64,000 nt of DNA from assembly GCF_039654945.1 (NCBI RefSeq), contig NW_027361707.1, forward strand, positions 43,958,001 through 44,022,000, in the 5' to 3' direction. This stretch comes from Dendrobates tinctorius (Eukaryota). Below the pieces are notes generated by a model that saw nothing but the letters and a program-made list of their open reading frames with translations, made no database searches and was not told the origin of the DNA. Both the position numbers and the translations under genes were made by a program. Positions 31,405-44,900 of the stretch are shown here, piece after piece (position 1 is the first letter of the stretch; every line of letters starts with the position of its first letter).

Positions 31405-31468
31405 AATAAAGAGGCTCCTACAGCTTGTGTTGGCTATAAAGGAATGGATAAATATATAAAGTAATAAA
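31405..31468 (+). promoter_or_regulatory. candidate PACRGL polyadenylation signals
   Basis: AATAAA at 31405 and 31463, about 320-380 nt after the stop codon. Confidence 0.45.
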
Positions 31469-33331
31469 ACGGGAAAAAAATGATTAGGCATCAATCCTAC
31501 AATTTAGATCCAACTCTTAATACACCACACATTTCAAAAGCATTAAGAGAAGTGTTACATGGAATGATAATCAATGATTCCCAAGTGTGGGTGCAGGAAC
31601 CAGGGATCTTCCACTCTGGATGTGCGTTTCGCCAAAAAGCTTCATCCGGTGGCATTCAGTGGTAGTAAAGATTGTATTTACCTTTAATGTTTCACCAAAT
31701 GTACCTTTACTTCTAAGTCAGTGAAATAGCTGATTATATACAGGTTGTCCAGGACTTTGATATTCTTGGCGAAGGTCGTCAATATCAGATTGACGGTGGT
31801 CTGACATCCAGTACTTCCAACTGATCATTGGTTTGTAGCTTTCCCCGTGGCCAGATGTAAGCTCCCATCATTATAGATAAGTGATCCATTAATGGTACCT
31901 GCACATGGTGATGCTGCTTTACAGGTCATAAAGTCCCAAAAGTCACCCCCACCAATCATACCATTGTAACATTTCCTATCAATGTGTTATGGGAAGAGTG
32001 ACTGCATTCTGCGCTTTCCATTATGCATTTTGCTGCAGTGCCCTTGATACATGAGTAAAGGCTGATGGACCTGATCAGCTCTCTCTTCTCCTGTCCATGA
32101 ATAAACCCCGCAGATTCTCCGACTGTAATCTCGCGGTGACCCCGTGTGCAAAATCATTCAGTATCGCCTTAATCCCAGTATTTTCCCTAAAATGATGTCT
32201 CGTGATCGTGTCTAAGGTACAGTTTATCCTCTGGTATTTCTTGCATTTGTGAAGATTTGTCGCTGTTTTATCTTCACCGTGGAGCTGTGACTATAAAGTT
32301 ATAAAAGAGTTTGCCTTAACAGTTCCCAAAAGAATCCAAGTATTTTTGTATCAATTAAAATCATTTCTTGATGTTTATAAAATCACTGGAAATCATTATC
32401 AGATCAAGAGTAAAGGGGGGGTTCACCGTCCTATTCCCCGAACATTAAAGCGCATGTTATCACTGAGCCATGTCTGATACTAGTCATCTGGTTATTCCAG
32501 TATTAGGTCCATGGGTATAGAAAAAAAAAAATCAATTAGTCCATGAGTGAACTGATGCAGCCGGTCCACTATTGCGTGAACTTAGTGACCTCACAACGTA
32601 CAATCAGGAATAATAGAATTAACCTACTGACGTCGCTGCAAATATTTCATAAAATACAAGTTGCATCGGCACTCACTATATAATTGTCACCTTCATTACT
32701 AATGCTTATCCAGAAGACGTATCTTGTTACCTGACCGCAGAAGCCCGTGGTGGAGCGAGAGGTGCGAAACACCCATTGATTCAATTTTGGTGCCAGATCC
32801 CTTCCCTTTCTGGAATCATAAGCGGGGGATATGTTTGCTAGATAAGCATTACTAAAGAAGATGACAATTATATAGTGTACGGTCAATGAAATAATTGTAG
32901 TACTTTATACTGAGCACCACTTAGTCCATCACATTACCACCCTGATTATATTTAGCAGTGACGGTGATTTGAAACTCGTTTGCTTCTGACCTTTTTTCCA
33001 CTGTTTTTAGTGAGCTCGTACTTTTATTTATTTTTTTACTTTTATACATATATTTTTTTCATACTGATTTTTCACTGTTTACAACAAGCATATTGTTTAG
33101 ACTCTACCTTTTCTTTTTACTATTTAAATCTTCAGTTCATATCTTCCTCCACCAGCAATGAAAAAGGGTTGCTGCTAACCCGGAACTCGTAAGCTCATGT
33201 ATCCTTAATCCTTTTATTTCTCCTTTTTGCTTTCTTTCACCATATTTTTCATCGCACAGTCAAAATTAATGTTTTACCATTTTCTCATTGGTGCTGGAGC
33301 CCAGGCCTCTTGGAATTTTCTTGCATTTCTA

Positions 33332-33756
33332 AGGCTAGTTTCACACTTCCGTTGGGCAGAGCTGCGGACGGCTGCGTACTTCCTCTGTTAAGCCCCGCCC
33401 ACTGCCGCACCTCTTCCATTCAGCTCCGCCTACGTTTGCATGCGTCATGCGTACCTATCTTTAACATTGGGTATGCAGGCTATGCGGATGCGTCCGCATG
33501 CGTCGTTTTGACATGCCCGCCGACCGCAACATGTTGCGTTCGACGCAGTTAGGCGTGGCGTCAAAACGATGCATCCACATTCATCCGCATCTGCATACAT
33601 CCACATGGCCTGCGTACCCAATGTTAAAGATAGGTATGCATGATGCAGGCAGACGTAGGCGGAGCTGAATGGAAGAGGTGCGGCAGTGGGCGGGGATTAA
33701 TGGAGGAAGTACGCAGCCCTCCTCAGCTCTGCCCAATACAAATGTGAAACCAGCCT
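33332..33756. mobile_element. palindromic Harbinger-type MITE
   Basis: ggctagtttcacac / atgtgaaaccagcc with ~200 bp inverted arms; similar MITEs at 41383-41569, 42452-42758, 43263-43746 and 44797-44952. Confidence 0.75.
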
Positions 33757-35655
33757 TACCTGGATACAAGCCTGATGTGTTACTACACTCCCTGCAACGA
33801 ACCCTCTGACCGCACAAGGTCCACCAGGGGTCATATGTGAATACAAGTGATCTTTACACTGAATTGTCCTCACTTTAAGGTGAGCTGATGACCATTTTTT
33901 TCCTGTCCTATTTACTCAGACCTGTGACATATTATTCTGTTGATGGAACCATCTGAGTGGTTAGTGAAGACAACATTTTTACCATTCTACTAGAGTTGTG
34001 ATATATGCAGGACTGTAGAGTCTGTGTCCATTTTTGTGGAGTTCTGGCATCGTCCATTTCAGTGGAATTGGTATAAAATGGAAAGATTCTGACAATGCAG
34101 CATGTGCTGTACATTTTTAATAAGAATTTGGGAAAGTTATGAAATGTCCTATAAATGTCTGCTCTATTCCTGATCTCAGGATCTGGGCTTTTAGTTGAGA
34201 TGAATCTGTGCTGCACTTTATGCACATGCTCAGTAGTGATCAGTGCTGTGGGGTCAGAGATGAGATGAATCTGTGCTGCACTTTATGCACATGCTCAGTA
34301 GTGATCAGTGCTGTGGGGTCAGAGATTAGATGAATCTGTGCTGCACTTTATGCACATGCTCAGTAGTGATCAGTGCTGTGGGGTCAGAGATGAGATGAAT
34401 CTGTGCTGCACTTTATGCACATGCTCAGTAGTGATCAGTGCTGTGGGGTCAGAGATGAGATGAAGCTGTGCTGCACTTTATGTACATGCTCAGTAGTTAC
34501 CAGTGCTGTGGGGTCAGAGATTAGATGAATCTGTGCTGCACTTTATGTACATGCTCAGTAGTGACCAGTGCTGTGGAGTCGTAGATAAGATGAATCTGTG
34601 CTGTACTTTATATACATGCTCAGAAGTGACCAGTGCTGTGGAGTCGTAGATAAGATGAATCTGTGCTGTACTTTATATACATGCTCAGTAGTGACCAGTG
34701 CTGTGGGGTCAGAGATGAGATGAATCTGTGCTGCACTTTATGTACATGCTCAGTAGTGACCAGTGCTGTGGAGTCGTAGATAAGATGAATCTGTGCTGTA
34801 CTTTATATACATGCTCAGTAGTGACCAGTGCTGTGGGGTCAGAGATGAGATGAATCTGTGCTGCACTTTATGTACATGCTCAGTAGTGACCAGTGCTGTG
34901 GAGTCAGAGATGAGGTGAATCTGTGCTGCCCTTTATGTACATGCTCAGTAGTGACCAGTGCTGTGGGGTCAGAGATGAGATGAATCTGTGCTGCACTTTA
35001 TGTACATGCTCAGTAGTGACCAGTGCTGTGGGGTCAGAGATGAGATGAATCTGTGCTGCACTTTATGTACATGCTCAGTAGTGACCAGTGCTGTGGAGTC
35101 AGAGATGAGGTGAATCTGTGCTGCCCTTTATGTACATGCTCAGTAGTGACCAGTGCTGTGGGTTCAGAGATGAGATGAATTCTGCTACACTTTATGTATA
35201 TGCTCAGTAGTGACCAGTGCTGTGGAGTCTGAGATGAGATGAATCTGTGCTGCACTTTATGCACATGCTCAGTAGTGACCAGTGCTGTGGGGTGAGAGAT
35301 GAGATGAATCTGTGCTGCACTTTATATACATGCTCAGTAGTGATCAGTGCTGTGGAGTTGGAGATGAGATGAATCTGTGCTGCACTTTATGGACATGCTC
35401 AGTAGTGACCAGTGCTGTGGGGTCAGAGATGAGATAAATCTCTGCTGCACTTTATGTACATGCTCAGTAGTGATCACTGCAGTGGGGTCAGAGATGAGAT
35501 GAATCTGTGCTGCACTTTATGTACATGCTCAGTAGTGACCAGTGCTGTGGAGTCGTGGATGAGATGAATCTGTGCTGCACTTTATGTACATGCTCAGTAG
35601 TGACAAGTGCTGTGGGGACTGAGATGAGATGAATCTGTGCTGTTCTTTAAGTATA

Positions 35656-35800
35656 GGAAAGAAAAAAGAAGTTCCAGCGCCAGGAATGGAAAATTAAAAA
35701 TCCATTTTATTGTGCCATTGCATATTAAAATTCCAGCAGGTACAGCATATCTGTCGGTTGACTACAGAACAAAGCGTTTCGACGCCTCAGGTCTTAATCA
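35656..35800 (-). mobile_element. hammerhead mini-element, copy 2 (in satellite)
   Basis: flanked by TGTTCTTTAAGTATA (35641-35655, 35801-35815); closely similar to 30014-30159. Confidence 0.85.
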
Positions 35801-36785
35801 TGTTCTTTAAGTATATGCTCAGTAGTGACCAGTGCTGTGGAGTCAGAGATTAGATGAATCTGTGCTGCCCTTTATGCACATGCTCAGTAGTGACCAGTGC
35901 TGTGGAGTCAGAGATGAGATGAATCTGTGCTGTTCTTTAAGTATATGCTCAGTAGTGACCAGTGCCGTGGGGTCTGAGATGAGATGAAGCTGTTCTGCAC
36001 TTTATGTACATGCTCAGTAGTGACCAGTGCTGTGGGGTCTGAGATGAGCTGAATCTGTGCTGCACTTCATGTACATGCTCTGTAGTGACCAGTGCTGTGG
36101 AGTCAGAGATGAGATGAGTCTGTGCTGCACTTTATGTACATGCTCAGTAGTGAGCAGTGCAGTGGGGTCAGAGATGAGATGAATCTGTGCTGCACTTTAT
36201 GTACATGCTCAGTAGTGACCAGTGCTGTGGAGTTAGAGATGAGATGAATCTGTGCTGCACTTTATGGACATGCTCAGTAGTGACCAGTGCTGTGGGGTCA
36301 GAGATGAGATGAATCTGCTACACTTTATGTATATGCTCAGTAGTGACCAGTGCTGTGGAGTCTGAGATGAGATGAATCTGTGCTGCACTTTATGTACATG
36401 CTCAATAGTGACCAGTGCTGTGGAGTCAGAGATGAGATGAATCTGTGCTGCACTTTATGTACAGGCTCAGTGACCAGTGCTGTGGGGTCAGAGATGAGAT
36501 GAATCTGTGCTGCCCATTTTGTACATACTCAGTAGTGACCAGTGCTGTGGAGTCGTAGATGAGATGAATCTGTGCAGCACTTTATGCACATGCCCAGTAG
36601 TGACCAGTGCTGTGGGGTCTGAGATGAGATGAATCTGTGCTGCACTTTATGCACATGCTCTATAGTGACCAGTGCTGTGGGGTCAGAGATGAGATGAATC
36701 TGTGCTGCACTTTATGTACATGCTCAGTAGTGACAAGTGCTGTGGGGACTGAGATGAGATGAATCTGTGCTGTTCTTTAAGTATA

Positions 36786-36930
36786 GGAAAGAAAAAAGAA
36801 GTTCCAGCGCCAGGAATGGAAAATTAAAAATCCATTTTATTGTGCCATTGCATATTAAAATTCCAGCAGGTACAGCATATCTGTCGGATGACTACAGAAC
36901 AACGCATTTCAACGCCTCAGGTCTTAATCA
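36786..36930 (-). mobile_element. hammerhead mini-element, copy 3 (in satellite)
   Basis: same 15 bp flanks and same preceding variant unit as copy 2. Confidence 0.85.
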
Positions 36931-39214
36931 TGTTCTTTAAGTATATGCTCAGTAGTGACCAGTGCTGTGGAGTCGTAGATGAGATGAATCTGTGCAGCAC
37001 TTTATGCACATGCCCAGTAGTGACCAGTGCTATGGGGTCAGAGATGAGATGAATCTGTGCTGCACGTTATTTACATGCTCAGTAGTGACCAGTGCTGTGG
37101 GGTCAGAGATGAGATGAATCTGTGCTGCACTTTATGTACATGCTCAGTAGTGACCAGTGCTGCGGGGTCAGAGATTAGATGAATCTGTGCTGCACTTTAT
37201 GTACATGCTCAGTAGTGACCAGGGCTGCGGGGTCAGAGATGAGATGAATCTGTGCTGCACGTTATGGACATGCTCAGTAGTGACCAGTGCTGTGGAGTCA
37301 GAGATGAGATGAATCTGTGCTGCACTTTATGTACATGCTCAGTAGTGACCAGTGCTGTGGAGTCATAGATGAGAAGAATCTGTGCTGCACTTTATGTACA
37401 TGCTCAGTAGTGACCAGTGCTGTGGAGTCAGAGATGAGATGAATCTGTGCTGCACTTTATGTACATGCTCAGTAGTGACCAGGGCTGTGGGGTCAGAGAT
37501 GAGATGAATCTGTGCAGCACTTTATGTACATGCTCAGTGGTGACCACTGCTGTGGAGTCAGAGATGAGATGAATCTGTCCTGCACTTTATGTACATGATC
37601 AGTAGTGACCAGTGCTGTGGGGTCAGAGATGAGATGAATCTGTGCAGCACTTTATGTACATGCTCAGTGGTGACCACTGCTGTGGAGTCAGAGATGAGAT
37701 GAATCTGTCCTGCACTTTATGTACATGCTCGGTAGTGACCAGTGCTGTGGGGTCAGAGATGAGTTGAATCTGTGCTGCACTTTATGTACATGCTCAGTAG
37801 TGACCAGTGCTGTGGGGTCAGAGATGAGATGAATCTGTGCTGCACTTTATGTACATGCTCAGTAGTGACCAGTGCTGCGGGGTCAGAGATTAGATGAATC
37901 TGTGCTGCACGTTATGTACATGCTCAGTAGTGACCAGTGCTGTGGAGTCAGAGATGAGATGAATCTGTGCTGCACTTTATGTACATGCTCAGTAGTGACC
38001 AGTGCTGTGGAGTCATAGATGAGAAGAATCTGTGCTGCACTTTATGTACATGCTCAGTAGTGACCAGTGCTGTGGAGTCAGAGATGAGATGAATCTGTGC
38101 TGCACTTTATGTACATGCTCAGTAGTGACCAGTGCTGTGGGGTCAGAGATTAGATGAATCTGTGCAGCACTTTATGTACATGCTCAGTGGTGACCACTGC
38201 TGTGGAGTCAGAGATGAGATGAATCTGTCCTGCACTTTATGTACATGCTCGGTAGTGACCAGTGCTGTGGGGTCAGAGATGAGTTGAATCTGTGCTGCAC
38301 TTTATGTACATGCTCAGTAGTGACCAGTGCTGTGGGGTCAGAGATGAGATGAATCTGTGCTGCACTTTATGTACATGCTCGGTAGTGACCAGTGCTGTGG
38401 GGTCAGAGATGAGATGAATCTGTGCTGCACTTTATGTACATGCTCGGTAGTGACCAGTGCTGTGGGGTCAGAGATGAGTTGAATCTGTGCTGCACTTTAT
38501 GTACATGCTCAGTAGTGACCAGTGCTGTGGGGTCAGAGATGAGATTTATCTGTGCTGCACTTTATGTACATGCTCAGTAGTGACCAGTGCTGTGGGGTCA
38601 GAGATGAGATGAATCTGTGCTGCACTTTATGCACATGCTCTGTAGTGACCGGTGCTGTGGGGTCAGATTAAGGGGAATTGAGGGGTCGGAGGTTTGGCTT
38701 ACTGACGCCACAGCCCTGGATATATGGACAGGAGTAAAGGTGTATAGATGAGATAATTGTCCGTTCATTTGGCCAACAGCTACCTCTCCATCACACGCCG
38801 GAATGTGCGACTTATTGGCTTGTGTTGCCAGTGGAGGGTGCCTGACATCTACAGTATGTCCCTATCTCATGTGAGAACAAAAGGGTCAGGAGCTTACATT
38901 TCAATTGCCCGTTTATTTTGTCCTCCCATCTGATTTGTAGAGAATCCATAAATGTAAGATGGTCCGCCAGTCCTACCAAAATCAAATGTAATGTGATTGG
39001 GTTCCTTAGATGCCAGCAGCTGTCATCATACGTAATCTGTTTTAATGAGGTTGTGCCAAGTAGAGAAGTTGTCTGACCACTGGTAACTTCACCAACCCCA
39101 AGAATTGGTGCACCAAGCTTTATTAATTTTCTATGGGAGTATTGGAGATAGCCCAGTACTACCCTTGTCAATTTGAATGATCTGATTTAAGGGTGTTGTG
39201 CCAAGTATATAATT

Positions 39215-39439
39215 TATTATGCACACCATCATATTCAGCAGCACTTTACAGACATCATCACTGTCCCCATTGGGGCTCACAATCTAATTTTCCTATCAGT
39301 GTGGGATGAAACCAGAGAACCTGGAGGAAATGCACGTAAAGATGGGAAAAACATACAAACTCCTTGCAGATGTTGGGTTTAAACCCAGGACCCCAGCGCT
39401 GCAAAGTAAGAATTGTAATCACTGCGCCACAGTGCTGCC
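39215..39439 (-). mobile_element. tRNA-derived SINE (V-SINE-like) with an L2-like tail
   Basis: minus strand ggcagcactgtggcgcagtg (A box), ggtttaaacc (B box), tgcaaggagtttgtatgtt central domain, L2-like 3' end. Confidence 0.7.
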
Positions 39440-39445
39440 AATATA

Positions 39446-39689
39446 CAGGGTGGGCCATTTATATGGATACACCTAATTAAAATGGGAATGGTTGGTGATA
39501 TCAACTTCCTGTTTGTGGGACATTAGTATATGGGAGGGGGGAAACTTTTCAAGATGGGTGGTGACCATGGCGGCCATTTTGGATCCAACTTTATTTTTGT
39601 TTTGCCCCTTCTGCAAATTTAGTACACCGATCTGGGTCACCAACCATTCCCTTTATATTTAGGTGTATCCATATAAATGGCCCACCCTG
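39446..39689. mobile_element. Tc1/mariner MITE
   Basis: TA-flanked TIRs cagggtgggccatttatatggatacacct and its reverse complement. Confidence 0.85.
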
Positions 39690-40117
39690 TAAGTTTCCAC
39701 TGGGGCTCAAACAGATCCAAAGAAGAATCATTCTCTTTGGGATTGTCAAACACGGCTGAGTGCATTGCTTGTCAATTTCTAGCAGTCACATAGAGCATGA
39801 ATGGAGGGGACCTCTGCTCCATGTAGACAGACTTCTGCAGAGCCCCATTCTCAGGATCAGTCGCTCATCTCCTACCCTATCAATGGGGCACAACATATAT
39901 TTGGAACAATCCCTTTAATACCTCGCTCCATCTAAACTATGACAATATACAAGTTTACTGGTATAAGGTCCGATCCTCCAAGGCTCTGAAAAGTTCTAAA
40001 ACAAGAGTTCTGAAGACGTTAAGATGGGCTCTGTACATTATGGAGCTGCTTTAGCTGTCCCTGGCCGTAGACCTACTTGGCACATGGATAAAGGTCACCC
40101 GTATGTCCTTTTCCTCA

Positions 40118-41078
40118 TCTATAATAATAAATGCCCTAACCAGCTTCCGGTTGTAACAACTTCCGTCCAGTTGTAACCGGTGACGTCACCACACACGCAC
40201 GCACATGTTAACCCTCAACACACCACACCGCCTCAACACACACTCCTCTCACCTTTCACCTCCACTCATGTCCACTCACTCTTTCACTCCACATACGTTC
40301 CTTTCTCTCACTTCGTTTCTCATACTCACACCGTCATCGTCGCTGCCCCGACATCTTCCTCCGCCGCCGCGATCCAGGATCCAGACGTTCTCCAGGCCGC
40401 CGACATGTTCTTGCGGGACGCCATCTTGGATTTCGTGAAATCCCGCGATATTAAAGATGGCGTCGCCGCAAGAACATGTCGCTGGCGTGGACGACATCGG
40501 GATCCAAAAAGATGGCGTCGGCGAAATCTCGCGAGATTAGGCCGATGCCATTTTGGATCCCGATGTCGCCATGCCAGCGACATGTTGTTGCGGCGACGCC
40601 ATCTTGATTATCGCGGGACTTCACGAAATCCAAGATGGCGTCCCGCAAGAATATGTCGCTGGCGTGGGCGACATCGGGATCCAAAATGGCGTCGGCGTAA
40701 TCTCGCGAGATTTCGCTGACGCCATCTTTTTGGATCCCGATGTCGTCCACGCCAGCGACATGTTCTTGCGGCGACGCCATCTTTAATATCGCGGGATTTC
40801 ACGAAATCCAAGATGGCGTCCCGCAAGAACATGTCGGCGGCCTGGAGAACGTCTGGATCCTGGATCGCGGCGGCGGAGGAAGATGTCGGGGAAGCGACGA
40901 TGACGGTGTGAGTATGAGAGATGGAGTGAGAGAGAAAGGGTCGTATGTGGAGTGAAAGAGTGAGTGGATGCGAGTGGAGATGGTGAAAGGTGAGAGGAGT
41001 GTGTGTTGAGGGTTAATATGGCAAGAGGTGTGATGCTATCGCATCCTCCCGATGCGATAGCATCGGGCCATAATCTAG
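40118..41078 (+). mobile_element. non-autonomous Helitron with a ~810 bp CpG-rich internal palindrome
   Basis: A|TCTATAAT start; 3' hairpin cccgatgc-gata-gcatcggg then CTAG|T; no TSD; inverted arms about 40205-41018. Confidence 0.88.
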
Positions 41079-41619
41079 TTTAAATAAATTGTGTTAAATT
41101 GATGGTCCACATTATGGAGTTTTAGGAAAAAGTTGTATCTTGTGGCGCATAAACCACTAAAGGCCCCGTGCTGGCCATGTTTATAAGCACGGTGGAGCGG
41201 CAGTCTCCGCATCCATTGGGCATAAGCTGGTAACGACCGCTCTGCTGTGCCTGGCTGCACCGCACGTGGCATACATTGCGTGCGCCGATACGCAGCACAC
41301 CGCCTGTATCTGCACAATTGCTGAGCGCATTCAGTACCCTCACAGAAGAGGATTTATTTTCATAAAGGAGTCACCCCCTTATAAGGCCGGGGCACACATG
41401 CGAGGAACTTGGACGAGTCTCGCATATTACTTCCCGGCACTGCTGCCTGCACTCGGGACCGGAGTTTGCGGCTGCATGTATTTCTATACAGCTGAGCGCT
41501 CCGGTCCCGAATGCCCGGGTATTGAGATGCGAAACTCGTGCGAATTTCTCACAAGTCTGACCCCGGCCTAATGCAAAACAGCAGATACAATATTTGTATA
41601 TGTCGCAAACAATGACCAC

Positions 41620-41906
41620 TAGTGATGAGCGAATGTGCTCAGATAAGGTGTTATCCGAGCACGCTCAGGTGCTAAGAGAGCGTCTTCAGAGTGCTCGAAA
41701 AATATGTTTGAGTCCCCGCAGATGCATGTCTCACGGCAGTTACAGCCGCAACATGTAGTGATTAGCTGTTAGAAAATCCCTGAATGTGTTGCGGCTGTTG
41801 AACAGACATGAAACATGCAGCTGCGGGGACTCGAATATATTATTCAATCACTAGCACCCGAGCATGCTCAGATAACACCTTATCCCAGCATGTTCGCTCA
41901 TTACTA
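41620..41906. mobile_element. hAT-type MITE
   Basis: TIR tagtgatgagcgaa / ttcgctcattacta; 8 bp TSD ATGACCAC. Confidence 0.88.
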
Positions 41907-44900
41907 ATGACCACTAAGATGGCACAATGCAGTACCAACTTTACAGGATGAGGACGGTACATACAGCAACACAGACCTCCTCTTTGTTAATATTGGTAAA
42001 GAGCTTCCACATTTTGTGAATGGTGCTATACAAAGTATGTAGAGGATTCTAAGAACAACCTATAGGTTGTGTTTGGTGTTGAACTTTTGCTTCATTGACT
42101 TCAATAAAGCTGAGCTGCAATCCCAGACACAACCCAATGACGTGTGTAGCGCTGTTTTATTAAGACAGCTGTTTGTTTTTTTTTCCAAACTCTGCAGCCT
42201 TTTTTTCTTTTTGTGGTTATTCAGAGTCCTTATTAAAGAAGCCCTCCTCCTACCATCAAAATATGAAGAAAATAGAGAAAACAGGAGAATTATCTGGGTA
42301 GAGAGGCAAAATGAGCAATTGTAAGTGCACAGTGCCATCTAATATGATGGCTGCAATATATTAAGAGGATACAATCTTTGATGTAAGTGCTTCTTGTCCT
42401 CCTTTACAAGATGTGACTGGCTCAGCAACCTCAGGGTTACATAAAATGTATTATGGTGTGTGCACACGCTGCGGATTCTGCTGCGGTGTACAGTACCATA
42501 ATATCCTATGGGAAATGGAAACCGCAGTGCAGATGCTGCGGATTTTTCCGCTCGGATTTGCTGCGGTCTCTAATCCACAGAAAGAATTGACATGTCACTT
42601 CTTTCTGCGAATTCCGCTGCAGTTTACCATCTCCATTATAGAGGTGATAAAACCGCAGGCTAATTCGCAGATAAACCGCAGGTCTTTTCACCTGCGGATT
42701 TACCTGCGGATTTTGCAAAATCTGCGCGGATCAATCCGCAGTGTGTGCACGTACCCTTAAAGTAATGTGGTTTCCAGTGTAATGTTTCATAAGAGACACC
42801 CTGCGGAGACTTATTCCTGCCACATGCTGAGGGTTTCTTCTCATTTTATGATGTATTTAATAAAGAAAAGGCTTTTTTTTCTCCATTTCTTTTGACTGTT
42901 GATGATAAAACCTAAAGACCACACGATTATGAAAGAAAGTTTTATTGTAATCAGCTGCTATGGCTTACAGTACAGAAACCCACCAGAACTGGGCTGATGC
43001 TCATGGTCATATACAGGACGGCTCGTACACATTGCTGTCATTAGGGGACAAGAACAATGCATTAGTGTCTGACACGACATGCGGTTCTGATTCATGGGAT
43101 ACTGACATTTTGGGGTAATTGGTAGCCTATTTGTTCCCTAAAGCAGTGATTGACCCTAAGAGGGCACAGTGCCCGGTCATAAATTCCTTGTTTCATTATG
43201 TAAAACTACATTTTGATGCATGTGTTTTAATAAATAGAAAGACAGATTGTGGTCTGGTCACTAAGGATGCTTTCACATTGCGTCCAGGCACCCGTTCAGT
43301 GGCTCCATCGGAGTTTGTGTCCGAACTCCCCACAAAACGGGATCTGAATGTATGCCAGATGGAATGGAAGACCTTCATGCTTAGGGGGCTTTGGCACCCA
43401 TTGAGTGGCCTCAACGCTGCTTACGTCCAAACCCCCGCAAAATGGGATTCGAACATATGCGACAGCAGAGCCATGGACTATAATGGTGCCGACAGACCAA
43501 ACGTGCATCATTTTCAGCTGTCTATGCCCACTAGAGGCGAAAACTCCGACTTCGTAGACTATGCCTGGGTGTCCACGTCCAGCAGGAAAATAGGGGCAAA
43601 AATGATGTACGTCAGAGAGCACATTCGCTCAGCTCCATTATATGGCCTCGTCGGTTCATACGTCCAACTCCCAATTTGCTGGGGGTTTGGACGTGAGCCC
43701 TCTCGGGGCTCTCAATGGGTTCCAAAACGCAATATGAAAGCACCCTAAGCCTGAAGGTCTTCCATTTGTACCTGGCACCATCCATACTGGTGTCATGACA
43801 TGTTTAGAAAGGCTGTAGGGCCACTACAGAGGTACTACATCAATAAACCAAAATCACAGGCAGGCAATGCTGTTGGTGTAAGTGCAATGTGTAGGAGCAC
43901 ATTCACATTGCGGCCACTAAAGGTACTGTCACACTTAGCGATGTACCAGCGATCCCGACCAGCGATATGACACTGTCAGGATCGCTGGTGCATCGCTAAG
44001 TGGTCGCTAGTGAGCTGCCACACAGGCAGATCTCACCAGCGACATCGCTGGGGACGGGGATCGCTACTTACCTGTCACACCAGGCGATCCTGCGTCCTCC
44101 TGCCCGGCTCCACGCGTCGCTCGTCGTCACAGCAGGAAGCCCAGCAGGAAGCTGACGATGAGAAACAGTCCAGGACGTTCTCGCGCGATCAGCGATAACC
44201 AGCGGGGGAGCGGGTTGTAGGTAAGTATCACACACAGCAATATCGCTAGCAATATCGCTATAACGTCACAAGTTATAGTGATATTGCTAGCGATATCGCT
44301 TAGTGTGACAGGCCCTTAACAGACAAAACCTAGAATATAAACACTAGGCCCCCTGCAGTGTGTAAATAGTAGTAATATTTGTAAGAACTATAGGGTGCTT
44401 AGTTTACTCTGGTGTGATCAAGAGTGTAAAAGCCGTCCTACCGCGATAAGGTGTACCCGATCACGATGGTCCCAATCTCTAGTATCTCACCTACTGTATG
44501 TGCCAGCAGTCCTCAGCATAGATGGGACACAGCAGCACTGGGACCGGACTGTGGAGAGCTGAATAGACAAGGTGCACAGACTAAAGGTGAACGGCCCCAA
44601 CCCCAAATGGATGAAGTACAGCTAAACTGAAACCCTGGGCCGACACACCTGTTACTATACCTGCAATGTGTAGGTGCACATTCACACTGTGGCCAATGAC
44701 TGACAAATCCTAGAATAAAAACAATAGATGCAGCATTGTCTGATCACACCTGTTTATCAAGCGAAAGATTTGTTATCAGTAATTGCTCTACTGTTCGGCC
44801 ATGTTCACATATTCAGTATTTTACGTCAGTATTTGTAAACTAAAACAAGGAGTGGAACAATCAAAGGAAAAGTATAATCTCCCACTCCTGGTTTTGGCTT

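Larger units (their letters stand above)
34196..38668. repeat. 65-bp tandem array (about 64 units) containing two 145-bp insertions
   Basis: unit GAGATGAATCTGTGCTGCACTTTATGTACATGCTCAGTAGTGACCAGTGCTGTGGGGTCAGAGAT. Confidence 0.97.

Noticed and set aside
34196-38668. CRISPR-like array (repeats with occasional inserts)
   Set aside because: Units are contiguous with no unique spacers, the two inserts are copies of one retroelement, there are no cas genes, and the context is eukaryotic.
40180-40955. Cluster of overlapping Arg-rich ORFs
   Set aside because: By-product of a GC-rich palindrome inside a non-autonomous Helitron; no Rep or helicase motifs.
43119-43748. 209-aa ORF
   Set aside because: Mostly overlaps a palindromic MITE (43263-43746), has a non-ATG start and no motif.
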